Source: a virus. Taken from it: a stretch of DNA of 64,000 nucleotides. The stretch lies in IMG/VR virus record IMGVR_UViG_3300031920_000373, positions 758 to 64,757 of that record; one strand, given 5' to 3'. The notes under the pieces were generated by a model that saw only the letters and a list, made by a program, of their open reading frames with translations, was not told the DNA's origin and made no database searches. Shown piece after piece: positions 56,918 through 64,000 of the stretch; within the stretch, counting starts at the first letter, position 1; every line of letters begins with the position of its first letter. The position numbers and the translations under genes are program-made.

Positions 56918-57217
56918 ATGTTATTTTTCGTATTTGGCGGAGAACAATTTTATGCGAACGGTGGATCAAGAGATTTTATATTCAGAACCTGTGATAAACA
57001 ACTTGCTGAATCCACTGCACGAAGTCTCGTAGGTCAGAAAGTTCCAATGGTTGAATCTTGGATGGAAGAAGATGACTGGTTAGATATGACTATTGAATGG
57101 ACACAAGTCATGGATGAAACTGGCAAGACTGTTTTTGAATTTGGAAAACCATACGGAAAGGTTGGTTACTTTGAGTTCAAAGGCTTAAATCGTATTAAAT
57201 ATATTAAGGAAGAGTAA
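56918..57217 (+). CDS. Hypothetical protein
   Basis: GAGGG SD. Confidence 0.6.
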   Translation: MLFFVFGGEQFYANGGSRDFIFRTCDKQLAESTARSLVGQKVPMVESWMEEDDWLDMTIEWTQVMDETGKTVFEFGKPYGKVGYFEFKGLNRIKYIKEE

Positions 57218-57218
57218 A

Positions 57219-57611
57219 ATGGCAGATGATACTTTGAAAATTTATCTTTGGCCTGATGGAAGCTGGGAGAGTGAAGATGAAATTGATGACATGGACTGGT
57301 ATCTTTCCGGCTCTGGTAAAAGTGATGATTACGCTATTTACAATGTTCCCCTTGATCTTGAATCTGAGGATATTGAGGAGCTTATAGGATTAAACGCCTT
57401 ACCCGGAATGTTGTCGGATCCCATCTCTTTTGAAGGAGTAATAGACTCCAACACAATAGCGTCGGCAGGGGAAATCAAAATAGGAGAGGATGATATTATT
57501 ATCGTATCGCATTCTAAGGACGTGAATTATAATGCGGTAACTATACTCGATGATAGGGTGATAATAAATGCCCCTGGTATGATTCTGAAAGTGGTAAAAG
57601 GTAAAAAATGA
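57219..57611 (+). CDS. Acidic hypothetical protein
   Basis: IYLWPDGSW; D/E-rich. Confidence 0.6.
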   Translation: MADDTLKIYLWPDGSWESEDEIDDMDWYLSGSGKSDDYAIYNVPLDLESEDIEELIGLNALPGMLSDPISFEGVIDSNTIASAGEIKIGEDDIIIVSHSKDVNYNAVTILDDRVIINAPGMILKVVKGKK

Positions 57612-58102
57612 AAAAACTTAAAAGACCTACTTGGCAAGAGTACTTCTTTAACATAATGGCAGTAATTGCAACTCGTAGTTCTTGCATGAGAAGGCAAATA
57701 GCAGCCATAGCTGTTAAGGACAAGAGGATACTGGCAACAGGGTACAATGGAGCTCCAACTGGAATCAAACACTGTGTTGATCGTGGTGGTTGTATGCGGG
57801 AACAATTGAATATTCCTTCTGGAGAAAAACAAGAGAAGTGCCTTGCCGTTCATGCTGAAGAAAATCTTATTGTTCAGGCTGCTATTCATGGCATTAGTTT
57901 GAGAGGATGTGATATTTACTGCACTCACCAACCTTGTATTATGTGTGCCAGAAAAATAATAAGCATTCAACCTAAAAACCTTTTCTACACCAATCATTAT
58001 CCCGATCAAGATGCCTTTGATTTATTTAATGAAGTAGGCAGATACGGTGAAAGTGTTAATAAAATAAACGACAAAACGGTATCACATTGGGGATTTAAGT
58101 AA
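57608..58102 (+). CDS. dCMP deaminase
   Basis: RSSCMRRQIAA, TGYNGAP, HAEEN, PCIMC. Confidence 0.93.
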   Translation: MKKLKRPTWQEYFFNIMAVIATRSSCMRRQIAAIAVKDKRILATGYNGAPTGIKHCVDRGGCMREQLNIPSGEKQEKCLAVHAEENLIVQAAIHGISLRGCDIYCTHQPCIMCARKIISIQPKNLFYTNHYPDQDAFDLFNEVGRYGESVNKINDKTVSHWGFK

Positions 58103-58308
58103 TGACAATCCCAATTGATATGGATGGAAATAAACTTACACTTGGTACAAGAGTTGCGGCGGCTGATAATATTTGCGGAATTAAAATAAAAATTGGTAAG
58201 GTTGTGGGGTATACTCCAACAAGAGTCAAGATTGATTTTGAAGGAGAAGTGAAAACATCCACAAAGGCACCCCGCACAATTGCGAAGATTTTTAATCAGG
58301 AGGAATAA
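58102..58308 (+). CDS. Small SH3/KOW-like protein
   Basis: Coupled ORF. Confidence 0.55.
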   Translation: MTIPIDMDGNKLTLGTRVAAADNICGIKIKIGKVVGYTPTRVKIDFEGEVKTSTKAPRTIAKIFNQEE

Positions 58309-58508
58309 TGGAACTTTTATTTCATGTAGCATTTCCCGTATCAATAACTATACTTATTGGTTGTGGTATGTTATTAGGTGTTTTGTGGAAAGGATTTAAA
58401 AATTATGAATTGTATAAAGATGACAGTGAATATTTTGCATCCAGTATGGCAGATGTCAACAAAGGCGCGGCACATGTCATTGTGAAGATTTTTAACCAGG
58501 AGAAATAA
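58308..58508 (+). CDS. Small membrane protein
   Basis: Hydrophobic N-terminus. Confidence 0.55.
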   Translation: MELLFHVAFPVSITILIGCGMLLGVLWKGFKNYELYKDDSEYFASSMADVNKGAAHVIVKIFNQEK

Positions 58509-58509
58509 A

Positions 58510-58689
58510 ATGGAAATCCTTGAAAATGTTAAACTAAAGGGAGCCAAACATCCTGATGTAATTTTGATGATCACGTATAAAGAGGCAAGAGTTTTTAATG
58601 ATGCTATGGAAGCTTATGTGCAAGCCAACAAAAGGAAAAAGATAGCCAAAGCATTATACAAACAAATGTATGATGATTTACCTTATTAG
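58510..58689 (+). CDS. Hypothetical protein (59 aa)
   Basis: Manual translation; AGGAG SD. Confidence 0.5.
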   Translation: MEILENVKLKGAKHPDVILMITYKEARVFNDAMEAYVQANKRKKIAKALYKQMYDDLPY

Positions 58690-58700
58690 GAGTAAATAAA

Positions 58701-58883
58701 ATGGGAGATGGTGCAGATCAAGCATTGGAAAGGGCCGCAGAAAAATGTGAACATTTTAACGGGTTCAGGGATTCATTTGCTACTCAGTATGAAGAAGGCT
58801 TAATTGATGAATCAGGATCAATCATAGGAAATCCAGGATCAATTCCCGGAAATACTATTCCTTCTTTTCTGGGTGACTTCTAA
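58701..58883 (+). CDS. Hypothetical protein
   Basis: AGGAG SD. Confidence 0.55.
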   Translation: MGDGADQALERAAEKCEHFNGFRDSFATQYEEGLIDESGSIIGNPGSIPGNTIPSFLGDF

Positions 58884-59107
58884 TGGATATTACAATAGAA
58901 AATTTGCAAAAGGTAGAACTCAAGAAAGGTGAAATTCTCATTATTACTTTTGATGACGAAAAAATGACAGAGGATGATATGAAAGACGCACATATAGCCT
59001 GTAAAGCTGTATTCACCAACAATAAAGTCATATTTGTCCCTAAACATATGAAATTATCTGTGATTCGAGATCCCGACACTATTCCAATAGGCGGGAATGA
59101 TGATTAA
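58883..59107 (+). CDS. Hypothetical protein
   Basis: TAATG coupling. Confidence 0.55.
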   Translation: MDITIENLQKVELKKGEILIITFDDEKMTEDDMKDAHIACKAVFTNNKVIFVPKHMKLSVIRDPDTIPIGGNDD

Positions 59108-60197
59108 TTCCCTTACAGGTAAATTCTTTGAAACACACATTGATACCCATATTGAATTTGGACCTGGTGTCAATGTCATTATTGGTGAATCTGATGAAGG
59201 TAAATCGGGCATTATCAGACAGTTAAAGTGGAATGCCGAGAATAGACCCCAAGGTGACTATTACAGAAATGACCAACTTGATCCTAAGAAAAAAGAGGAC
59301 AAGTTAAAACTCACTGAGGTTTCCGTTGATTACAAAGATTCAGGTATTATTACAAGGGCAAGGGACGGATTCTCAGGAGGAGTCAATCATTATCAGATAG
59401 ATGATGGGGAGCCTTTACGTGCCCTAAGGACGGATGTTCCTGATGAGGTAAAAGACGTTTCAAAAATGAAAGCTGTCAACATCCAGACACAACATCCCAC
59501 TGAACAGTATTTCCTTCTTGCTGATAAACCAGGACAGGTTGCAAAAGAGTTCAATAAGGTTGCGGGTTTAACTATCATGGACAAAGCAATCAAGGACATA
59601 AACTCACAAGTAAGAACCTGTAACACTGAAATAAAAGTGGCAAAGGAAGAAATAGAGACCAAACAAAAGGAGATAGAAGAAACTACATGGGTTGATGACG
59701 CGGAGAAACTTGCAAACAAGCTCAAGGCGTTCAAAGCTCAGGTAAATAAAGAGCAAGCGGAATACAATGATCTCCATGATAAGATAAACCATGTCCTGGG
59801 AATTGAAGATGTTCTGGAAACACATTATAACGGAGTGGACGATGCTTTAAATGCTCTTGAAGCACTCGGCAAAGAAAAACAGTCAATTGACGATGAAAAG
59901 CACACTGTGGAGCAGATAGAGGACTTGATCTCTGCTATGACGGACGTTGATTTACAGTTAAACGCCACTACTGACATTGACAAAGCTTTAAAAGCTCTTG
60001 AAACGCTTTATTTAGAGCGGCAGAAAATTGAAAAGCTCAAGAAGGAGCACAAGGAATTAGATTACTCCTTGTGTATGCTTGAAAAGAATAGAATGGAAAG
60101 AACTGAGGCTGATATTGAACTGATAGATGCCAAAAAGGAGTACGTGAAAATCTTTAAAGAACAAGAATGTCCTACATGCGGGAGGAAAGGAATATGA
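59097..60197 (+). CDS. sbcC: Rad50/SbcC/gp46 N-terminal half (Walker A, coiled coil, zinc hook)
   Basis: IEFGPGVNVIIGESDEGKSGII; Q-loop region; about 200-aa coiled coil; ends ECPTCGRKGI-stop. Confidence 0.88.
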   Translation: MMINSLTGKFFETHIDTHIEFGPGVNVIIGESDEGKSGIIRQLKWNAENRPQGDYYRNDQLDPKKKEDKLKLTEVSVDYKDSGIITRARDGFSGGVNHYQIDDGEPLRALRTDVPDEVKDVSKMKAVNIQTQHPTEQYFLLADKPGQVAKEFNKVAGLTIMDKAIKDINSQVRTCNTEIKVAKEEIETKQKEIEETTWVDDAEKLANKLKAFKAQVNKEQAEYNDLHDKINHVLGIEDVLETHYNGVDDALNALEALGKEKQSIDDEKHTVEQIEDLISAMTDVDLQLNATTDIDKALKALETLYLERQKIEKLKKEHKELDYSLCMLEKNRMERTEADIELIDAKKEYVKIFKEQECPTCGRKGI

Positions 60198-60388
60198 GTG
60201 TAAAGGCATATAACACATGTGAAACTTGCCCCTCTTGTAATTCTCACCAATCTGTAGTTTATGTGGAAATGAGAAAAATAGGAGAACATATAGATTATTC
60301 TAATATGGAGAACAGTACAGTAACATACAAAAGGATTGAAAATTTCAGGTGCAAAATCTGTAAACATGAATGGAGAAAAGGGAAATGA
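60194..60388 (+). CDS. Small zinc-ribbon protein
   Basis: CETCPSC...CKIC. Confidence 0.55.
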   Translation: MSVKAYNTCETCPSCNSHQSVVYVEMRKIGEHIDYSNMENSTVTYKRIENFRCKICKHEWRKGK

Positions 60389-60783
60389 AATTAATAATTG
60401 CCGGAAGTAGGCCTATAACGGGAACTTCTTTCATTTATGAGGCATTAAAAAAGTTTAAGATTACCAAAAAAAGTGTATCTGAAATTGTAAGTGGTTGTGC
60501 AAAAGGACCTGATACCGGAGGGAAGGAAGTAGCAGAAGAACACCAAATAAAAGTAAAATCATTCCCTGCTGATTGGAATAAATTTGGAAATGGCGCAGGA
60601 TACAAGAGGAATATAGAAATGGGGAATTATGGAGATAAACTTCTTGCTATATGGGATGGCAGTTCAAGCGGCACCGAACACATGATAAATACAATGAAAG
60701 AAAGAAAGAAAGAAACCTGTGTTTGTTTTCAATATATTCAAAGACTCCAAACTCACAATCGTAAAAACATTAATAGGGGATAA
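60385..60783 (+). CDS. SLOG-family (DUF2493/YspA-like) protein
   Basis: LIIAGSR, IVSGCAKGPD, FPADW...AGYKRN, AIWDGSSSGTEHM. Confidence 0.78.
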   Translation: MKLIIAGSRPITGTSFIYEALKKFKITKKSVSEIVSGCAKGPDTGGKEVAEEHQIKVKSFPADWNKFGNGAGYKRNIEMGNYGDKLLAIWDGSSSGTEHMINTMKERKKETCVCFQYIQRLQTHNRKNINRG

Positions 60784-60956
60784 TTTTCATATAATTAGAG
60801 ATTTTCATTCTGAACCTATAGACGATGCTTATTTGTATCCTAAAGTAATTCCTTCTTCTGTAAGGAAACAATTAATTAAATATGCAAATGATAAGAATAT
60901 GCCGGAATTACTTGCAATAGTGGATATAATAATCAATAAATTCGCAGGAGGAAATA

Positions 60957-61145
60957 ATGGTAAAAAAAGAAATGATGGATCCTTTATTTCAGAAAAGGAA
61001 AGAATTAAATGCAGAATCCCTGAAAATTGATAATGCCATAAAGGCTCTTCAGGATATATGTGATCATGATTATGTTAGTGATGGGCATGATTCACACAAA
61101 AGCCATTACAAATGTAAAATGTGCAGGTACACTGACTCATGGTAA
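60957..61145 (+). CDS. Small coiled-coil plus zinc protein
   Basis: AGGAGG SD; CDH...CKMC. Confidence 0.6.
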   Translation: MVKKEMMDPLFQKRKELNAESLKIDNAIKALQDICDHDYVSDGHDSHKSHYKCKMCRYTDSW

Positions 61146-62092
61146 AAAAACAATGGGAATACATAGTGGCCGCGGCGGATCTTCACATACACTCCAAAGT
61201 GCCCGAAAATAGAAAGGGCGATTATTATGGTCAAGTTATTGAAAAATTTAGAAAACTCCTTGATATTACAGTTAAATGGTCCTCTCCCAAACTCCTTCTC
61301 ATTGCTGGGGATTTCTTTGATTCTCCTAATGTTCCATATAAAGTTGCCAGGCTTGTTCTTGCAATGATAAAAGAAAGTGGAGTGAACATCCTCGTTGTAC
61401 CCGGCCAGCATGATCTTAGGTACCATGTCAGTGGTCTTGATAATACCCCTCTTGGTATTCTTGAAACATCGGGACAAGTTGAGATTCTTACTCCTAAAAT
61501 GTCAAAAACCACATATGGCGGAACAACTTTTGTAGGAGCAGGATGGAATGAAGAACCAGAGGATGAGGCTGATATTCTTGTAATGCATAGAATGATTACC
61601 AAGAAAGGTGAACTCTGGCCAGGTCAAACAAACTATTCCTCCGCTCATGCGATTATGAGGAAATACCCCTGGGCTCAGTGCATAATAAGTGGAGACAATC
61701 ATGCTCCACATGCATTGAGAATAGAGGGAGAAAGAGAAGGACACAGGCTTCAAGTAAACTGCGGATCTTTGGTTCGATCAACAAAGGATCAAATAGGATT
61801 TCAGCCCAGAGCGTACTTGATAGATGTATTCCAATGGAAAGCAAAACCGATAAAGATTCCGTGTTTGCCCGATGAGGAAGTTTTTGACTTCAATAAGATT
61901 GCCATTGAGGAAGTCAAGGAAGCTTCTAAAAAAGAAGCGGAAGCAAAGATAGCGGAATTTATAAACCTCTTGCCGCAGACTGACAGAGAACGTCCTAATT
62001 TCAAAAAGATCCTGAATAGTGTGGTAAAACATGTGAATCCAAATAAAGGTGTAATAGATATAATCAATAAAACAATGGAGAGGGTGGCGTAA
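61139..62092 (+). CDS. sbcD: Mre11/SbcD/gp47 metallophosphoesterase nuclease
   Basis: ADLH, AGDFFD, PGQHD, MHRM, SGDNH. Confidence 0.9.
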   Translation: MVKKQWEYIVAAADLHIHSKVPENRKGDYYGQVIEKFRKLLDITVKWSSPKLLLIAGDFFDSPNVPYKVARLVLAMIKESGVNILVVPGQHDLRYHVSGLDNTPLGILETSGQVEILTPKMSKTTYGGTTFVGAGWNEEPEDEADILVMHRMITKKGELWPGQTNYSSAHAIMRKYPWAQCIISGDNHAPHALRIEGEREGHRLQVNCGSLVRSTKDQIGFQPRAYLIDVFQWKAKPIKIPCLPDEEVFDFNKIAIEEVKEASKKEAEAKIAEFINLLPQTDRERPNFKKILNSVVKHVNPNKGVIDIINKTMERVA

Positions 62093-62322
62093 TGGATTTG
62101 ATTCAAATGACAAAGGCAGTACAAGCTAAGGAAAAAACAAGAAATAAGCTCCTTGGACAAAAGGATATGCTGATGGAAGGACTGAAAGATTTAGGATTTG
62201 AGAATACTGGAGAAGCAAAGAAAGCGCGGACCCAAAAGAAAAATGCACTGGTAAAGATGAATGATCACTATACAAAGGGTGAGGCGACATTCAAAACAAA
62301 ATTTGAGCATTTACTCCAATGA
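62092..62322 (+). CDS. 76-aa coiled-coil protein (candidate middle piece of split Rad50)
   Basis: Heptad-like helical sequence, translationally coupled between sbcD and the sbcC C-half. Confidence 0.6.
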   Translation: MDLIQMTKAVQAKEKTRNKLLGQKDMLMEGLKDLGFENTGEAKKARTQKKNALVKMNDHYTKGEATFKTKFEHLLQ

Positions 62323-62936
62323 AGAAATTATTGGAAAATCTTAAAGACAAAATCCAAGATAGGAAAACATCCAAAAAGATCCTTGAACTCACTGAGACAA
62401 AGATGGATAAATATCTCCTGCATCTGGAGAATCTTGAGGAAGCCCGTGCCATCTTCCAAAAGGCATCACAGGTAACCCAAACCAGGCTATCTGAACAAAT
62501 AGAAAAAATTGTATCCAGTGCATTGGCGGCAGTATTCGAGGATCCTTATAAGTTCAAAGTTGGATTTGTTCTCCGAAGGAATACAACCGAATGTGATCTG
62601 CAATTTGAGAAAAATGGCAAAAGAAAGTCACCACTTGCTTCTTGCGGATACGGGGCGGCTGACATAGCATCCCTTGCTTTACGTGTGGCTTATTGGAAAT
62701 TAGACGGCGAGTCAAGGAATGTGTTGGTATTGGATGAACCACTCAGGAACTTAGATAAAGAAAGGCAAGTGCTTGCTTCCATGATGATAAAGAACCTGAG
62801 CAGAATGAAAGGTGGGTTGCAATTTATCATTGTGACACATAATACCGCACTTGCTAAATCAGCGGATAGACAATTTAGCGTTATCAAGGAGGATGCGGTA
62901 AGTCACGTAACCATGATAGAATCAAAGGTTGCATAA
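62319..62936 (+). CDS. sbcC: Rad50/SbcC/gp46 C-terminal half
   Basis: Coiled coil, atypical signature SCGYGAAD, Walker B/D-loop VLDEPLRNLD, H-loop IVTHN. Confidence 0.88.
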   Translation: MKKLLENLKDKIQDRKTSKKILELTETKMDKYLLHLENLEEARAIFQKASQVTQTRLSEQIEKIVSSALAAVFEDPYKFKVGFVLRRNTTECDLQFEKNGKRKSPLASCGYGAADIASLALRVAYWKLDGESRNVLVLDEPLRNLDKERQVLASMMIKNLSRMKGGLQFIIVTHNTALAKSADRQFSVIKEDAVSHVTMIESKVA

Positions 62937-63042
62937 AATGAAACGGCGTAATTTCTTAAAATATGATAAAACCCTCCATGCAGAAATTGGCGGATGCAAT
63001 TGATAAGGATTTACTGGACAAAATATTAAAAGGAGAAATCGA

Positions 63043-63354
63043 ATGCCCTTAGACGTGATCTTAAAAGGCCTGGGAGAAGAATTTGAAAGAATGAAGAGAC
63101 TCTTTGATAAGGATGATTGGAAATTCTATAAATTCGGAAGAGGAGGCCCTTACAAAAGGACTCTCACTAAATTAATGGAAAAATCCAAAGAATATGATCA
63201 GACTCTATTTGACCATTTTGGGGCTGGAGAAGAAACTGCATCCTATAATAAATTGATTGTGCTTTGCCTTTCAGTGGCAGACACGCCTAAGGAAAGATAT
63301 AAAAATATAGACACCTTCAAAAGACAAATTGAAAGAATGAAGGTGATTATATGA
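63043..63354 (+). CDS. Hypothetical protein
   Basis: AAGGAG SD. Confidence 0.6.
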   Translation: MPLDVILKGLGEEFERMKRLFDKDDWKFYKFGRGGPYKRTLTKLMEKSKEYDQTLFDHFGAGEETASYNKLIVLCLSVADTPKERYKNIDTFKRQIERMKVII

Positions 63355-63626
63355 GAGAGGGAATGTCCACTGCAACCTCTTATGGTAATGAATGCGTGAT
63401 TCATTATTGTAAAGCCTGTGGAGGAGATAGAGATTTCTGTGCGTGTGGGGTAGATTTTATGTCCAGTTTGGATAGAGTCATTGCCCTAAAATTGAAACTG
63501 GAAATCTATAAGTGTCTGAAAATAAAGAAAGGCATAATTAGGATTGTCGATTTGATCCGAAGAACTCCCACAAGTATCTCAGGAATGAGAGGTCTTGCGC
63601 TTCTTAAAAGAGAGGACAAAAGATGA
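63351..63626 (+). CDS. Hypothetical protein
   Basis: Coupled ORF with Cys cluster. Confidence 0.5.
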   Translation: MREGMSTATSYGNECVIHYCKACGGDRDFCACGVDFMSSLDRVIALKLKLEIYKCLKIKKGIIRIVDLIRRTPTSISGMRGLALLKREDKR

Positions 63627-63766
63627 CAAGGAAGGAAGCAATAAAAGTCATGCAAAGGATCCAGAAACATTTCATGGACATTCATTATCCATTAAAACAC
63701 GCCATGTATGACAGGACACACACTGTTGGTCAAATGTTTAACAGGGTTCTGGAGGTGTTAAAGTGA
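63623..63766 (+). CDS. Small hypothetical protein (47 aa)
   Basis: Manual translation; ATGA overlap. Confidence 0.45.
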   Translation: MTRKEAIKVMQRIQKHFMDIHYPLKHAMYDRTHTVGQMFNRVLEVLK

Positions 63767-64000
63767 GTGATTTTATAGAAAAAATGTTCTCTGAACAAGG
63801 GAAAAGTAAACCCATTATGGGCAATCCTCTTGAAATGGGTGCTTCAGGAGTTGAAGTATTTAATACTCCCAGACTAAAAATCATATCCTTTACTTTTAAA
63901 GCTATCTGGGAAATGAATGCCAGTGGAACTGTTGAAGAATACGATGAAATCCATAAAATTGCCTTAGAGGCTCTCAAAAGAAATGTGTATGACGAGTTTT
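63763..64000 (+). CDS. Hypothetical protein (3'-truncated by window)
   Basis: GGAGG SD, GTG start, open to the window end. Confidence 0.55.
   Translation, partial: MSDFIEKMFSEQGKSKPIMGNPLEMGASGVEVFNTPRLKIISFTFKAIWEMNASGTVEEYDEIHKIALEALKRNVYDEF

Noticed and set aside
6373-63977. Numerous minus-strand ORFs in the ORF track opposite the rightward genes (and plus-strand ORFs within 1-4.2 kb)
   Set aside because: They are antisense shadows of well-supported genes, lack SD sites and show no recognisable motifs
1-64000. tRNA and rRNA genes
   Set aside because: No cloverleaf with T-loop GTTCRA and matching acceptor stem was found by eye; GTTCAAGAGT x2 at 35702/35721 lacks tRNA structure. A tRNAscan run would confirm.

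Overview
A 64-kb segment of a large, AT-rich tailed dsDNA phage genome. It uses the standard genetic code, sigma70-type promoters and AGGAG-type SD sites, and I saw no host housekeeping genes, tRNAs or CRISPR arrays. Layout, left to right: (1) 1-4.2 kb, a leftward packaging module with terminase small subunit and a terminase large subunit that carries a Gly-start class 3 LAGLIDADG intein in its Walker A motif. (2) 4.2-6.5 kb, an essentially non-coding divergence region with a 20-bp-period tandem array, possibly the genome end or packaging site. (3) 6.5-21 kb, a rightward early-type region of small genes including ArdC, a family of extended sigma70 promoters, and a thrice-repeated covarying RNA hairpin. 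(4) 21-33 kb, SF2 and SF1 helicases, primase, an HTH replication initiator with internal repeats and a DnaB-like helicase. (5) 33.8-40 kb, a complete 7-deazaguanine DNA-modification pathway (queD, queE, queC, folE, queF, dpdA; predicted product dPreQ1). Here QueD is fused to an HNH nuclease with a duplicated N-terminal strand, and the DpdA transglycosylase contains an intein two residues before its predicted catalytic Asp and appears circularly permuted. (6) 40-64 kb, sliding clamp, UDG-fused intein-containing family A polymerase, clamp loader, UvsY-like protein, SSB, RecA, 5'-3' exonuclease, endonuclease VII, HD protein, ATP-dependent ligase, dCMP deaminase, and an Mre11/Rad50 (SbcCD) system whose Rad50 is split at the zinc hook. 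All assignments come from motifs read by eye; no database searches were run.
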